NCBI GenBank assembly: GCA_951406725.2
Contig: OX597819.1
Span: 24,180,001 to 24,244,000 of the forward strand
Reading direction: 5' to 3'
Length of the DNA: 64,000 nt
From: Octopus vulgaris
Taxonomy: Eukaryota
The position numbers and the translations under genes were made by a program. This document shows, piece after piece, positions 27,902 through 43,263 of the stretch. Position 1 is the stretch's first letter. Each line of letters starts with the position of its first letter. The notes below the pieces were generated by a model that was not told the origin of the DNA, searched no databases, and saw nothing but the letters and a program-made list of their open reading frames with translations.

Positions 27902-28317
27902 TATTTAAACACATATATACATATATATATGTATATATATCCTTTTATCTTTTTATCCGTTTACTTGTTTCCGCTACTGGATTGCGGTGATGCTGAGGCA
28001 CTGCCTTGAAGGATCTTTAATCAAACAAATCGATTCCTGTACTTATTTTTTTCTAAGTACATATTCTCTCGGTCCCTCTTGCTGAACTGCTAGAATATTG
28101 GATGCAAACAAACCAGCGCAGGTTGTCAAATAGTGATAGGGGACAGATACAAACTTAAATGAACACAAGACCATTATATAAGTACATGTGTGCGATCTAT
28201 CTATCTATCTTATCTGTCTATCTATCTATCTATCTATCTAACGATCTAACCATCCATCCATCCATCCATCCATCCATCCATCTCTCTCTCTCTCTCTGTA
28301 GATATATATATGTGTAG

Positions 28318-30400
28318 ATGAGTAGCAAAGATGTATAAGTGTCAATTCATTACGGCCGTTTCGAGCGACTCCTTTAAATGATCAATGAAAGCATTACATC
28401 ATTACAAAGAAAACCGTTCTCATCAGATGACCGCATAGACCTGAAGCATAACGGACGAATTAGATATTTAAACATATTCAAATCATCAATAGGGACCAGA
28501 TATTTACAATGATTCCGCTGCTAAATGTTTTAGCAGAATTAAAAAAGGACTATACAGCGACAGACAAGCCAGAAATGAGCATAGGCTAGATTTGGAATGG
28601 GGTGGTGTGTGGTGAATGAGAGTAGTGACCCCGTTATCTACATATCGAAAACAATAGAATGAATTTAGTCTTCGAAACATCAAAATTAGATCGTTAGGGA
28701 GTTATAAATTAATTAGTATCATGACAGACCGTTCTACTATCTGAGAAAATGGAACTTTAAATGCGACTATATCAGCATCGAAAGGGTAGGTCTGATGGGG
28801 CAGTCGTGATAATATAAAGCAAAGAGGGGATAGGGATGTTTAATAAAGCTTATTTTGGTTAATATCCTATTTTCCCTAACGACTCTCTAATTTTCAAATC
28901 TCCCCTAGTTATACAATATACCTTGTATAATGTTTTACTACCATACCTCAATCCTTATTCTTCGTTATATTTTTAAAATATTCTCTAATAATAATTATTC
29001 TCTAATAATAATTTTAATTCTATTTTATCTCTAGCATAATCCGGTATACTTATACCGTATCAATAATAATTAGTTAATATTCTGATTATAACTGTTTATA
29101 TAACAATTTCGTTATAATATATTCTTTATTTTCATTTTATATTAACTTATTTTAATTTTATATATCTTAATATAGCATCTTTTATTGGCTTAGTTTTATA
29201 AAAATAAAAAAAAACATTTTTAGTATATTTTTTATAATTTTTTAATATAGCTTTTATTATAAATCTTCTCTCAGATATTTTCTTATATTTACTAGCATAT
29301 TTTATAAATTTTATATCTCATATCCTTATATCTTAAGATTTTATATGCTCTGCATATATTTTTCATAATTTATGTATGGTTATTAATACTTTGACAGTTA
29401 AAATATTCTTAATATATCTCACTGTGTACTGTAAACCTAAAATTATATCTTCATGGATTTATGTGTGTGTATATATATATATATATCCTTATAATTTTCT
29501 TATATTGTATTTTATATTTATATTTGGTTATATTTTAATTTCTATTTTTCCATTTCCTTATATTTTTAAAACTTTTATAGCATAAAAATTTTGTGGCTAT
29601 TTATAACTTTTAATTTTTTTCATAAAATTCGTTATATGCTGCAAACTTATATTATCATATATTAAATTATACGTTATCCCCTTACTTAAGTAATATCAAA
29701 AATTCCTTTCTAGCCTTTATATATTTACATTTTACTTTAACGGTATAAGCAAACTAAAGTTAAAACTTTGTCCTTCAATGTATATCTCGCCCATAATCCT
29801 TTAGGTGGTATTCCTTTTAACAGTTCAATTTTTCTTCCCCTTTAAGATGACAATCAAAATAAGCTTTATTAGCCATCCCTATCCCCCCTTTGCTTTCTAT
29901 TATCACGACTGCCCCATCAGACATTCTCGTTTACCACCCCATGACCGACCCTTCTGGGGTTGATATAGCCGCATGTAAAGTTCCATTTTCTCAGATTGTA
30001 GAACGGTCTGCCATGATACGAATTAATTTATAACTCCCTAAAGATTTAATTTTGAGGTTTTGAAAACTACATTCTCCCTATTGTCTTCGATGTGTAGATA
30101 ACGGTATCATTACTCTCATTCATCCTTCTTCCCCTTCTCTAGCCTATACTAATTTCTGGCTTGTACTGTCCTTTTTTAATTCTGCCAAAACATTTAGCAG
30201 CGGAATCATTGTAAATATTTGCTCCCTATTGATGATATGAATATGTTTAAATATCTAACTTGTCCGTTATGCTTGAGGTCTATACGGTCATTCGATGAGA
30301 ACGGTTCTTTTCTGAAATGATATAATGCTTTCATTGATCCTTTAAAGGAGTCACACGAAACGGCGTAAGGAATTGATACTTACACATCTTAGTTACTCAT
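28318..30400. mobile_element. PLE relic with ~540-bp inverted pseudo-LTRs around an AT-eroded interior
   Basis: 28318-28857 is the imperfect reverse complement of 29856-30400. The minus-strand interior retains DLKIRESL (~28880-28905), a PLE C-terminal motif. Confidence 0.75.
28347..28430 (-). ncRNA. type I hammerhead ribozyme, canonical core
   Basis: tcat-CTGATGA-GAACGG...TCGCTC-GAA-ACGGCCGT-A-atga. The mirror copy at ~30288-30372 has a mutated core (TCGATGA). Confidence 0.7.
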
Positions 30401-31310
30401 TTATGTTTTCCTCATCTACCCAGGAATCTGCACTTCGGAAGTATTTGGAAAGTATCTTTATATAAAGTACATATCTGAACAAACAAGAGCGGATTTATTC
30501 ACTAAGATGGATCGTGCCATCTACTGCACGAATATCGGGTGGAAACAAAATTCTACATAGAGTTTGATACTCACCTACTGTTATTTGAGTGTGCAAATAA
30601 GTTCGCCCTAACAAGGTGCCTCAATTTAAGGACCTACTTCAACTGAATCTATATATATCGAAAAGGCGAAGAGAAAGAACTCAAAGTGAATAGTATCACG
30701 TATTTGGAGAACAACGACAAACAAGGCTATATCAAATGCCATAGATGATTAATCTTTGTTTATCGAAATTATCTGCCTCTCCAGAGAAAATAAAATAGAT
30801 TGGTAGCTAATGAGACTAGCTCTAAATGAGATGGGGAGATAATATCAAGAATCAAGAGATCTCCAAACTTGGAAAGCCTTTAAGAAGAATACAGCTTGAT
30901 AGACTGGAGACACGAGAACAATTGATTTCACGCGTTCCTGCTTTAATAGGTATCATAAGCCCAGCAGTCACCCTACCTTTTGTCCAGGAGAACAAGAAAA
31001 TGGTTTCATGCAAATAAAATTCGCAGTCATTCTATCTTTGAATAATACTGACAGTTTAGCTATTTTTGTTAGGCTGAGTGAAAACGAAGTATTATTAATC
31101 GAGATTTTGTATGGTAACAGAAGGCACAACAAACAAAAAAAAAAACGTTAAGTGGGTAGGGTAAAAAGGAAACAATCATCGGTTTTGTGTTGTATGCTTT
31201 GCTAACTGGTGACATGTTGACGAAATTAATGTTTTATATCTATATAGTTATATATTTACGTTTATATATACAATAATAATAGAGTAATTGTTTTCAAGTA
31301 TACGTATATA

Positions 31311-31536
31311 TTTCTTTATTGCCCACAAGGGGCTAAACATAGAGGGGACAAACAAGGACAGAAAAAGGGGTTAAGTAGATTACATCGACCCCAGTGCGTA
31401 ACTGATACTTTATTTATCGACCCCGAAAGGATGAAAGGCAAAGTCGACCTCGGCGGAATTTGAACTCAGAACGTAGCGAGAGACGAAATACTGCTAAGCA
31501 TTTCGCCCGGCGTGCTAACGTTTCTGCCAGCTCGCC
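31311..31536 (-). mobile_element. SINE family A, near full length
   Basis: Reverse complement of 4123-4357. Confidence 0.88.
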
Positions 31537-31952
31537 AGTATACGTATAGAGCTGGAGCAACACTACGTAGATCAAAATAATGGAATTAAGCGTATTGTAA
31601 ACGCGAATTGCATGATAGAAATATTATGTGTGTGAAATGGGTGTGTACAGGCGAATATTAGTTTTGATAAGGACGTCCTGTCCCCACGAGTGATCCTTGG
31701 TGACAAGACGCCCTTATGAAAGTCTTGCAGTTTGGAGAGAGAATGAAGATTCTCTATATATAAATATGCATGTATTATATACTAAATATTATGTATGCAC
31801 ATATGTGCCTGCGCATACAAATATAAGTACATTTTGCTGTTTACTTTTTATCTCATGGTATCGGCCTTACCCAAGGAGTCTCTTCAATGTGTGTGTGTGT
31901 GTGTGTACGCGCGCGCGTATGTATGTGTGAATATGTGTGCATTAGTATGTAT

Positions 31953-32300
31953 GTCGTGGCTCTCCGTCGGTTACGACGATGAAGGTTCCAGTTGATCCAA
32001 TCAACGGAAAAGCCTGCTTGTGAAATTAACGTGCTGAGCACTCCAGAGACACGTGTACCCTTAACGTAGTTCTGAGGGAGATTTAACTCTTTGAAATACA
32101 AGTGCAACAGAAATAGGAAGAAAGAGTGAACATTGTGGTGAAAGAGTACAGCAGGGTTCGCCACCACCCCCTCCCGGAGCCTCATGAAGCTTTAGGTGTT
32201 TTTACTTAATAAACACTCACAACGCCCGGTCTGGGAATCGAATCTACGATCCTACGATCGACGGGACCGCTGCCCTAACCACTGGGCCAGTGCGTCTCCA
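31953..32300 (-). mobile_element. SINE family B
   Basis: Reverse complement of the family B head at 32140-32300 plus body. Confidence 0.8.
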
Positions 32301-32334
32301 CAGTATGTATGTATGTATATCTATCTATCGATCG

Positions 32335-32472
<138 letters not shown>

Positions 32473-32686
32473 CAATAATAATTCTCTAAACGAGGTATAT
32501 ACAGTAACTGCTCCATAACATAAGGGACGTTAGCCATCCGAGTATGGCTAGGGACAGGGCAGGGCGGTGGGGGTGTTACTGATGCATTTAGCCCCAGGCG
32601 ATCATCAACGTCACCAGGAGGGCTGACGCCACCACGGCGTCCTCTAGCCTGCAAAGGGAGATCATTCCCCGAAGAAGCGGATGCCA

Positions 32687-32731
32687 CATACGGACCCAGG
32701 TTTCAAGGTGTTTGCCTCTCGTCAACGTATG
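32687..32731 (-). ncRNA. type I hammerhead ribozyme (unit 1)
   Basis: CATACG-TTGACGA-GAGG caaaca CCTT-GAA-ACC tg GGT-C-CGTATG. 6-bp stem I, GUC cleavage triplet. Confidence 0.8.
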
Positions 32732-33046
32732 GTAGGCACCGCCCCTCGACGAACGACTCTCTGTGCAGGCTATCTATATAAAGATTTTCGCAGTAAATAC
32801 ATTTACTGATGTAGAAAATCTGTTCGACAGCAATAATAATTTTCTCTAAACGAGGTATATACAGTAACTGCTCCATAACATAAGGGACGTTAGCCATCCG
32901 AGTATGGCTAGGGACAGGGCAGGGCGGTGGGGGTGTTACTGATGCATTTAGCCCCAGGCGATCATCAACGTCACCAGGAGGGCTGACGCCATCACGGCGT
33001 CCTCTAGCCTGCAAAGGGAGATCATTCCCCGAAGAAGCGGATGCCA

Positions 33047-33091
33047 CATACGGACCCAGGTTTCAAGGTGTTTGCCTCTCGTCAACGTATG
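33047..33091 (-). ncRNA. type I hammerhead ribozyme (unit 2)
   Basis: Identical to 32687-32731, exactly 360 nt away. Confidence 0.8.
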
Positions 33092-33221
33092 GTAGGCACC
33101 GCCCCTCGACGAACGACTCTCTGTGCAGGCTATCTATATAAAGATTTTCACAGTAAATACATTTACTGATGTAGAAAATCTGTTCGACAGCAATAATAAT
33201 TCTCTAAACGAGGTATATACA

Positions 33222-33297
<76 letters not shown>

Positions 33298-34179
33298 TTA
33301 TAAACATATATTATATGTCGGTATAAACAGAAATACTACCTGAAATATAAATTGTCTATTTATGTATTTCATATATATTTCAGCTTTGATAGTTTACTTC
33401 AACCACGAACAAACTGATGTTGCTGACGCCAGTCAATGTCGAATACTAATGACGTTGGTGAATATATTATGACGTTCAAACATCCTGTAAATATACATAA
33501 ACCTTTTTATACGTTACGAGTGCCAGAAAGCGTTAAAAGGTGTTATTCAATCACATCACAGATTACTTCTCATGACATTATAGTATTATGTATAAGCGCG
33601 AGTGTGTAATTGTGTGCGTGTCTTATCCCTCTTGTATAAAATATGGGTATGATTTTAATATCTCTTTAAGAAAATAACTTACACATTTCATTTTACTTGC
33701 TGTAATCATTGGATCGAGTTCATGATGGAACACCACTTTTAAGAGTTTTAATCAATCATAATTAATTTTGAGTGTAGTCATTATTTTATCCATAACTGCA
33801 TTGCTGATTTTGTCATAAAGGGCCGAGACTAGTTTCAACCAATAAACAGACACACATATATGAGAATATATATATATATATATATATAATAGAGTAAGAA
33901 ATAGAAACTACTACAGTATTATATACTATATATTATATATAAGTATGTGTGTATGTGTATTTCTGTGTGTATTTCTCCGCCACACTATCGCTTGACGAAC
34001 GGTGTTAGTGTGTTTACATTCCTGTAACTGATAATTTTTCCACTTAATAATTAGATGTTAATAATTGTTAAAGTGGAAAAATGATCAGAAAAGTTATTTC
34101 TATTCATTTTTCATATATGCATGTATGTATATATAATAATAATATAAGTAATATATATATATATATCTTTCTCTCTCTT

Positions 34180-34395
34180 TCTCTTTTACTTGTTTCAGTC
34201 ATTTGACTGCGGCCATGCTGGAGCAACGCCTTTAGTCGAGCAAATCGACCCCGGGACTTATTCTTTGTAAGCTCAGTACTTATTCTATCGGTCTCTTTTG
34301 CCGAACCGCTAAGTGACGGGGACGTAAACACACCAGCATCGGTTGTCATGCAACGCTAGGGGGAGAAACACAGACACACAAACACATACACACAA

Positions 34396-34454
<59 letters not shown>

Positions 34455-34626
34455 CATATATACGACAGGCTTCTTTCAGTTTCCGTCTACCAAATCCACT
34501 CACAAGGCATTGGTCGGTCCGGGGCTATAGCAGAAGACACTTGCCCAAGATGCCACGCAGTGGGACTGAACCCGGAACCATGTGGTTGGTAAGCAAGCTA
34601 CTTACCACACAGCCACTCCTGCGCCT
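34180..34626 (-). mobile_element. SINE family C, full length
   Basis: Reverse complement of the family consensus, with an internal (CA)n(TA)n. Confidence 0.9.
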
Positions 34627-34700
34627 ATATATGTATACGTATATATGTATATATATATTTTATATGTACATATGTATATAAATATATATGTATATATATA

Positions 34701-34900
34701 CAGGTTGATTCAAATGTCGCCATACATAGGAACAATTTATTATTTTTATAAGAACAATTTTTTTATTCAACAGGGTCTATATGGTTACCATTGTTCTGAA
34801 TGCACATTGCAATCCGTTTATCCCACTCATTGTGAACTCATAATAGCACATATGGTGATACCTGTTGTTGTTGATATATGGAGACATTTGAATCATGCTG
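34701..34900. mobile_element. Tc1/mariner-type MITE (200 bp)
   Basis: TA|CAGGTTGATTCAAATGTCGCCATA ... TATGGAGACATTTGAATCATGCTG. Confidence 0.7.
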
Positions 34901-34908
34901 AATATATG

Positions 34909-34964
<56 letters not shown>

Positions 34965-35176
34965 GGGAGAGAGAGAGAGTTTGAAAACAGAGATCTCATG
35001 GATACAAATTTATTTATTTATTAATTAGCGTAGTCACCTGGAATTGTTTCATATATCAGACAAAATTCAAACTACCAAACATATAATATGAATGTAATAA
35101 TTTTGCACTTTAAACTAGCTTGGATCGAAAATCATCAGAGTTCACAAAGGACAATACAAGAATTACGTTATATATG

Positions 35177-37121
35177 TATATCTCCAACACCTCTGTCTCC
35201 TTCCTCGACATTTCGGTTAGCATTCTTCACTCCACTCTTACCACCTCCATTCACTACAAACACACAGACTCACACTCATACCTCAACTTCTCTTCCTCCC
35301 ACCCAGAACACACCAAGCTTTCCATCCCCTATTCCCAATTCCTCCGTCTACGTAGGCTCTGTAGTGACGACCATGACTTTGAGACTCAGTCTCAACGTAT
35401 GGCTCACCACTTCACCCTACGTGGATACCCCCTCACCACTATCCACACCGCCCTTGCCAGAGCACGGTCCGTGGACCGTGTATCTGCTCTCTCTCCCCGA
35501 ACCCGCCCTGTAGTCTCCCGCCTCCCTTTTCCCCTCACTTACCACCCCACGACCCTACGTCTCCAACGCACCATTCTTCGAGCTTTCCGTCATCTCCAGT
35601 CCGACCCGTCCACTTCACACCTCTTCCCTAACCGACCCCTCCCCTCTTTCAAACGAGCCCACAACCTTCGGGACCTTTTGGTCCATAGCTCCTTCCCTGA
35701 CCCTACCTCCCAACCCGGCTCGTTCCCCTGCTCCCGCCCACGTTGCCGCACTTGCCCTTACATCTCCAACACCACCCGCCTCACTAGCACCCACCATCGA
35801 CCCTATCCCATCATCCACTCCTTCACCTGGACCTCCAGCAATATTATCTATTGCATCTCTTGCTCTCTCTGCAATTCCTTGTACATCGGACAAACGGGAC
35901 GCCGCTTGGCTGACCGGTTCGCGGAACACCTTCGTGACATCCACCTTGCGAACGACACACCGGTCTCACGCCATTTCCGCTCAACCGGTCACTCCTTGCA
36001 ACACCTATCTGTGTTCGGTTTGTCCTTACACAGAGGCCATCCGGATTCCCGTTTGCGCCGTGAACAGCAATTAATCTTCTCTCTTCGCTCTTATACGCCA
36101 TTTGGTCTCAACTCTCCCCCCTCCTCATCTAACCTCACCCCCTCCTCACCTATCCTTTCTCCCCCCGACCCCTACTTCTTCAGTCCTTCATCCTTTCACC
36201 CCTACTCCCCTTCCCTTCTTCCCTCTTTCTCCCTCCCTCTTCCCCTTCCCTCTGCTCCCTCACTCCCTCTCTCCCCTTCTCTCTCCCCCTCTCCCTCTTT
36301 CCTCCTTCATCCCCCTCATCCCCTTCCTTCTCCCCCATCCTCTCCTCTCCCCCTTCTCCTCCCCCTCTTCTTCCCCTCCCCTTCTCTCCCCTCTTCTCTC
36401 CCTCCCCCTCTTCTCCCCCTCCCCCTCTTCTCCTCACTACACCACATGACTTTACACATCACATCACATATGATGTGCCATACTAATACACACACCAACT
36501 AATACCTACTAATACGTACTAATACATACTAGTACATACTAATACTTACACCAACCCTATACATACACACGTCCAGACCCCGCATACGCACTTATACTCT
36601 CTCACACACACACACACACACCTATACATACCAATACGTACTAATACATACTAATACATACAAATACATACACCAACCCCATACATACGCACGTCCAGAC
36701 CAATCTTACGCACTAATACTCTCTCATACACACACACACACACACACACACCCTTATACATACTAATACATACACCAACCCCATACATACACACATCCAG
36801 ACCCCTCCCACGCACTTTTAGCTGGTCCCTCAACCCTTTTATCAACCCTATTATCTCCCCTTATTTCGCTCTCGCGTCTCATGTTTGATCTTTGACCTCT
36901 GGCCGAAATCAGATCGCCATGTTGATTCGTTAGCTACTGCACGCATTTTTTTCTCTCCTTCTTTCTGTGTTTTTCTCTCTCTGTGTATCTTTCTGTTGAA
37001 GAGCGTAGGCTCGAAACGTTAAAGACTTGTTTTATTTATATTTCCTGAGCGCCATACTAATACAATTGTTCGTTTGTTTTCCACCTGCCTTCGTCTTTTG
37101 TTTATTTTCATAAAGCTTCCC

Positions 37122-37122
<1 letters not shown>
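35177..37122 (+). mobile_element. second Penelope-like element, 5'-truncated (RT thumb + GIY-YIG + 3' UTR with degenerate HHR), ending in (TA)n
   Basis: SFLDI, HYKHTDSHSYLNFSSSHP, SIPYSQFLRLRRLCS, CSRPRCRTC, NIIYCISCSLCNSLYIGQTGRRLADRFAEH, PFGLN. HHR-like motif at 36988-37025 (tcttt-CTGTTGA-a-GAGC gtag GCTC-GAA-ACGT-T-aaaga). Confidence 0.92.
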
Positions 37123-37179
<57 letters not shown>

Positions 37180-37230
37180 TATATATATACATACACACAC
37201 ATTAATTGATATACACATATAGATGCATAT

Positions 37231-37393
37231 AGGCGCAGGCGTGGCTGTGTGGTAAGAAGCTTGCTGCCAAACCACATGGCTTTGGGTTCAGTCTCACTGC
37301 GTGGCACCTTCGGAAAGTGTTTTCTTCTATAGCCTCAGACCGACCAAAGCCTTGTGAGTGTACTTGATAGACGGAAACTGAAAGAAGACCGTC

Positions 37394-37395
<2 letters not shown>
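37231..37395 (+). mobile_element. SINE family C, 5' half
   Basis: GGCGCAGGCGTGGCTGTGTGGTAAGAAGCTTGC...GACGGAAACTGAAAGAAG. Confidence 0.85.
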
Positions 37396-37485
<90 letters not shown>

Positions 37486-37543
37486 GTGTGTGTTTGTATG
37501 TATATATATTTATGTGTGTATATGGGTGCAAGAAGTCACCGAC

Positions 37544-37900
37544 TGTGTAAACAACATGAATACGTGTACAAACGAGTTAAATACGTAAACAGCATGAGAA
37601 AAAAATGGAAAACAGTGGAGACGTACAAGGAAACCGTCGGTTTCTTTATATGTCACCATTGTCCTGGTTTTGTTTCCAAATGTGACCCTCCATAAGTCGT
37701 AAATTTTATTTCAAAATTTATGGGAGCCACTGTCTTGGAAGACTCATATTGTCATTGAATGCTTGAAATGAGTAGTAGATAGACAGCTGGCAACTGATGA
37801 AGGGTCGTTTCTATGTGTTTACTTGTCCTGGTTTCCATCTTATTCACACGCAGTTTACGTATTTAACTCGTTTGTCTACGTATTTCATGTTGTTTACACA
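37544..37900. repeat. inverted repeat pair (~50-bp core arms)
   Basis: tgtgtaaacaacatgaatacg..acaaacgagttaaatacgtaaac versus gtttacgtatttaactcgtttgt..cgtatttcatgttgtttacaca. Confidence 0.8.
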
Positions 37901-38402
37901 GATGGTAATGTCCTCTACCCATATATGTATATATATATTATTTATTATTATTTAATTGAATGCCACACATCCATTTCCAAGTAAGTTGATATATATATAC
38001 ACACACACACAACTATATTTTACTCTTAGGCGCTGGTCAGTTTGTGAATATTTGAACAATGGAGGACATATGCTTGTGTTGAGAACTTTTTTAAAGACAT
38101 GAAAATATAATAATCATATTAGTATATAACATCCTAAAATTATATAAACTTTACGATATTTATTTTATAGACTTGCATACTCATATAGAATTCTTTTTAA
38201 AATATAGATAAATAAAATAATTATATCTGAATATTTTTCTGAACATTCTGAAGATTTTTCAGACAATGATAAATATTCACTTCTAAAATGTACTGCATGA
38301 TTTGAACGTTAATGTGCTAATCGCTACTGTATTTAACATTCGGAGAACAATTTTTCCCGTCAGATCATGCTTGTTGACAACACGATTCTGTGACTTATAC
38401 GG

Positions 38403-38452
38403 ACTCTGACACTTCGGTGTTTCCACCTAATTTGTGTCTCTTCAGTCAAAGT
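38403..38452 (-). ncRNA. degenerate hammerhead-like motif
   Basis: CTGAAGA-gacacaaattaggtg-GAA-ACAC cgaa GTGT-C. Stems I and II are imperfect. Confidence 0.4.
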
Positions 38453-38917
38453 TACTCCTGGATTTTTAATCTAAAGAACGATTGCTTGCAGAATTTATCA
38501 AGCAAAGTATTTGCTGATGCGTGCTGATACCTTTTGTCGATATTGAATCGTTATAAACAATGTAAAACAACTGCAGGTTTTAAAGCTTAAAGAAGAATTT
38601 CTGCATTTGTAGCCCGAGATTGTAAAAATTATGTTTTATGCTTTAATTTTGTTGGTTTTTACTTTGGCATTGCAAAAGGGGTGGATGATTGAATCATTAG
38701 ATCAACAGATAAGATTTCTTTTGTAATTTACATTATGAGTTCAAATCCTGCCATGGTTAACTTTACCATTCATCCTTCAATTATTGATAAAATAATGAAG
38801 CAGCCAAGAACTGGGGTCAAGTTAATCGTCTAACCCCCTCCCGAAATTTTTTGACGTCGTTTGAGTGAAAGACATCTTTGATCTACCCTGACTGAACGAC
38901 GATTAAAATTGCTAGTA

Positions 38918-39483
38918 TTGGGTTGTCCGGAAAGTTCTTGCCGATTTATAGCAGCTAACCTTTCGACTTATTTTAGAACATGGTTGAGTCCATAAAATGG
39001 GATTTGACTACATCTCCATTTAGAGCACAGTTTAAGCGATCGTTTCGTGGAAGAAGGTTTATGTTCCTATAATCAGTTTTAATTCTGTAACCCTTTAAAA
39101 TGGAAGATAAGAAAGTTCATTTTCGGCACTTTATGCTTTGGGAACCAGACAAAAATTGCTGCAGCTAGACTGGGATGTGTTACCCCACCCTCCATATTCA
39201 CCAGATATTGCTCCTTCGGATATCCACTCATGTCGGTCTCTGCCGAATAGTCTTAATCGTAAAAATTTCAATTCCTTGGATGACGTAAAAAGATACCTTG
39301 ATGAATTCTTTGCCATGAAACCACCTCAATTCTGGGAAGAAGGTATTTTCAAGTTAAAGAAAAGATGGAGACGCATTGTGCAACAAAATGGTTCACATTT
39401 GGTTGATTAAAAATGTAATGGCAAGTATTTATTGAACTTTTTCTTTCCTTTACAAATCGGCGTGAACTTACCGGACAACCCAA
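38918..39483 (+). mobile_element. internally deleted mariner
   Basis: TA|TTGGGTTGTCCGG...CCGGACAACCCAA|TA. N-terminus MEDKKVHFRHFMLW is joined to C-terminal WDVLPHPPYSPDIAPSD. Confidence 0.9.
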
Positions 39484-39794
39484 TACAATGAACAAAAAGG
39501 TCTGCTGTGTTTAGTTACTTCTTTTTGCGTTCTAAGCTCAAATCTTGTCATTCCTCAAATCTTGTCATTCCTCAAATCTTGTCATTCCTCAAAATCTGTG
39601 CATTATTCTCATCTTTAAAATTGTGCATATGATATGGTAATGATTTTTTATTCTTATTCTAATTTATTCTTAAAATTATGCACATGATATGGTAATGCCT
39701 CTTCGAAATTCGTAAAGAGAACAATATGTTTACGTCGACAACTTTTTCAATAACGTGGAAATAAAATAATTATATACACTTTATGACGCTTATT

Positions 39795-40531
<737 letters not shown>

Positions 40532-40907
40532 CACACACACATATATATGCAAACTCACTCACTCACTCGCTCACACACACACAGATTTCATATATATGGA
40601 CGTATATATTTATACAAGCTACGTGTGCATGTGAGTAGGTGCACGTGTGCATATATTCTTGTGAGTAGTTTGAGTCACTCATCTGAAACCGAATCAGCTG
40701 AAGATTAATTTTTCATAAATACTGCATCACTCGTTTTGTCAGGCGGACATTTCAAGATGCTTGGCTAAGAAAGTAGACATAGAAGCGTTTGGGGAACCCC
40801 CTAGTTGCACCCAACTTGATTTCAGCTGACCTAATTAAATGTTCACACCTTAGTCATACTCTATCATTAGCATGGAGTATTTTTTTGCACACACATGCAC
40901 ACACACA

Positions 40908-40968
<61 letters not shown>

Positions 40969-41380
40969 ACGCGCGCGTCACGCACTCTCAAACTTATACA
41001 TGTGTAAATAAAAATAGTTGCTGTTATAACTTGAAGCATTTGTGATCCATGACAGATTAATAGTATTTTTGTTATTTCTTCAAAACAAAATGTACTATCT
41101 CAAATAACGAATGCATACATACATACATATATCTATACAAACATACATAAATACATACCTACATACACACATACATACATACATACATACATACATACAT
41201 ACATACATACATACATACATACATACATACATACATACATACATGTATAGACACACAAACACTCACACACACATATGTATACATACATATATATATACGA
41301 ATACGTACAAATACATCTATCTATCTTTATCTATTAACATACATTCGTATAACTCTTTGAATATATATATTCCATTCAAA

Positions 41381-41688
<308 letters not shown>

Positions 41689-41878
41689 TTCTGTCTTTCT
41701 ATGCGTCTATGCGTGTGCGCGTGTATGTATGTGAGTATCTGCGCGCATGCGTGTGCGTCTATGTGTGTCTGCAAGTATATGTAAACAACAAATCCTGGTG
41801 CTTGCACGCTTTTCTAATTGTATGTACATGTGTATGTGTGCGTGTGTACCTATATATGTGTATAACTATATATGCATG

Positions 41879-41965
<87 letters not shown>

Positions 41966-42484
41966 TACTGTATTAGTGATCGTGCGTGAGTGTTATTTCT
42001 ATGATTGCGATGTTGATTCGCCCATCTGTTTTAAGAATTATTCACACTTATTTTACTGACCTTTCTCCCATCACACTTATTTCTCTCACTGTTAATCTGG
42101 ACATTTTTATAGCCCACCTCTCCCGTTTCATGACTGCTCCCAACCCAAACCCTTTCCATACGCCAAACCCTTTCCATACGCAGATCCGTCTGCCCTGCGT
42201 CCTCACCACACATTTTGATTCACTGAATTAGATCAGCTGTGATAACTGAAGCGGGCTGGTAAATAAGGCGAGCAAGAATAACGTGTGTGAGCAAAAGGAG
42301 AAGAAGCAGAAAGAATGAAGGAAAAGACAGAAAGATGAGAAACCAAGAAAGATAGAGTGAAAGTGAGATAGGGAGAAAGAACTGAGAGAAGAGCAACAAA
42401 AAGAGATACAGTAATTATTAAGAACCACACATTTTCACTAGTTTAGTGACCTCATTATTTCTTATGATTTCGACCGAATTCTGG

Positions 42485-42581
<97 letters not shown>

Positions 42582-42710
42582 TTGTTGTTGTTCTTGTTAT
42601 TATTATTATTATCATTATTATTTTTTATTATTATCATTATTATTATTATTGTTATTATTATTTTTATTATTATTGTTGTTGTTGTTGTTATTGTTGTTGT
42701 CGTTGTTATT
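42485..42710. repeat. (ATT)n/(GTT)n microsatellite
   Basis: Direct inspection. Confidence 0.95.
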
Positions 42711-43002
42711 ATATGTACATATTTTTATTTTGCTCTTCAAGTTACTTTTTCCTCCTTTTTGTTTTGTTTTTCTATATCTTCCTTTTTTTTTCGTTTTCTT
42801 TCTATGTATGTATATGTGTACATTATTTATTTAGATATATTTCAATTCAAGACAATTGTAATTAAATGTGTGTAGAGGGCGGTACTTCAGAAAGGAGTTG
42901 GCCTTGATTGCTAAAAAAAAATATTAACTAAAGAGCTAAAAAACAAGGGCAATATATGTGTATATACGCGCACTTGTATTTCTTCCTGAATGTGTGTGTA
43001 TG

Positions 43003-43044
<42 letters not shown>

Positions 43045-43249
43045 ATGTGAACGCGTGTGTACCGTTGGTGATTTTTTTTCCTCTGTCTTCCCTTCCCTGG
43101 ATCTTTCCTTCTCCTATGTTTCCGACGAAGAGCTCCGCTCGAAACGTTAAACCCTCCTTCTTCCCTTCTTTCCTGAGCGTCCAATAATACTATATTTGTT
43201 CCACGTTCTCGCGTTGTGTTTTTTTTGTGCTTTCTTGTTTGGATTAACT
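43045..43249 (+). mobile_element. ~205-bp HHR mini-element (family M)
   Basis: Same ends as the other copies, HHR at 43118-43152, (TA)n on both sides. Confidence 0.82.
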
Positions 43250-43263
43250 ATATATATATATAT

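Noticed and set aside
28860-29855. Mitochondrial insertion (numt) as the source of the AT-rich stretches here and at 20600-21870
   Set aside because: No mitochondrial gene, tRNA or rRNA motif was recognised, and the residual motifs fit PLEs better. Not excluded without a BLAST search.
35120-36502. 460-aa novel protein with a Pro/Ser/Leu tail
   Set aside because: Chimeric ORF: flank, truncated PLE RT/EN, then read-through into a CT-rich tract.
37794-37815. CTGATGA as a hammerhead core
   Set aside because: No downstream stem II, GAAA or stem III in the right order.
39538-39700. 17-bp triplication and ~60-bp duplication
   Set aside because: Ordinary local slippage duplications with no further structure.
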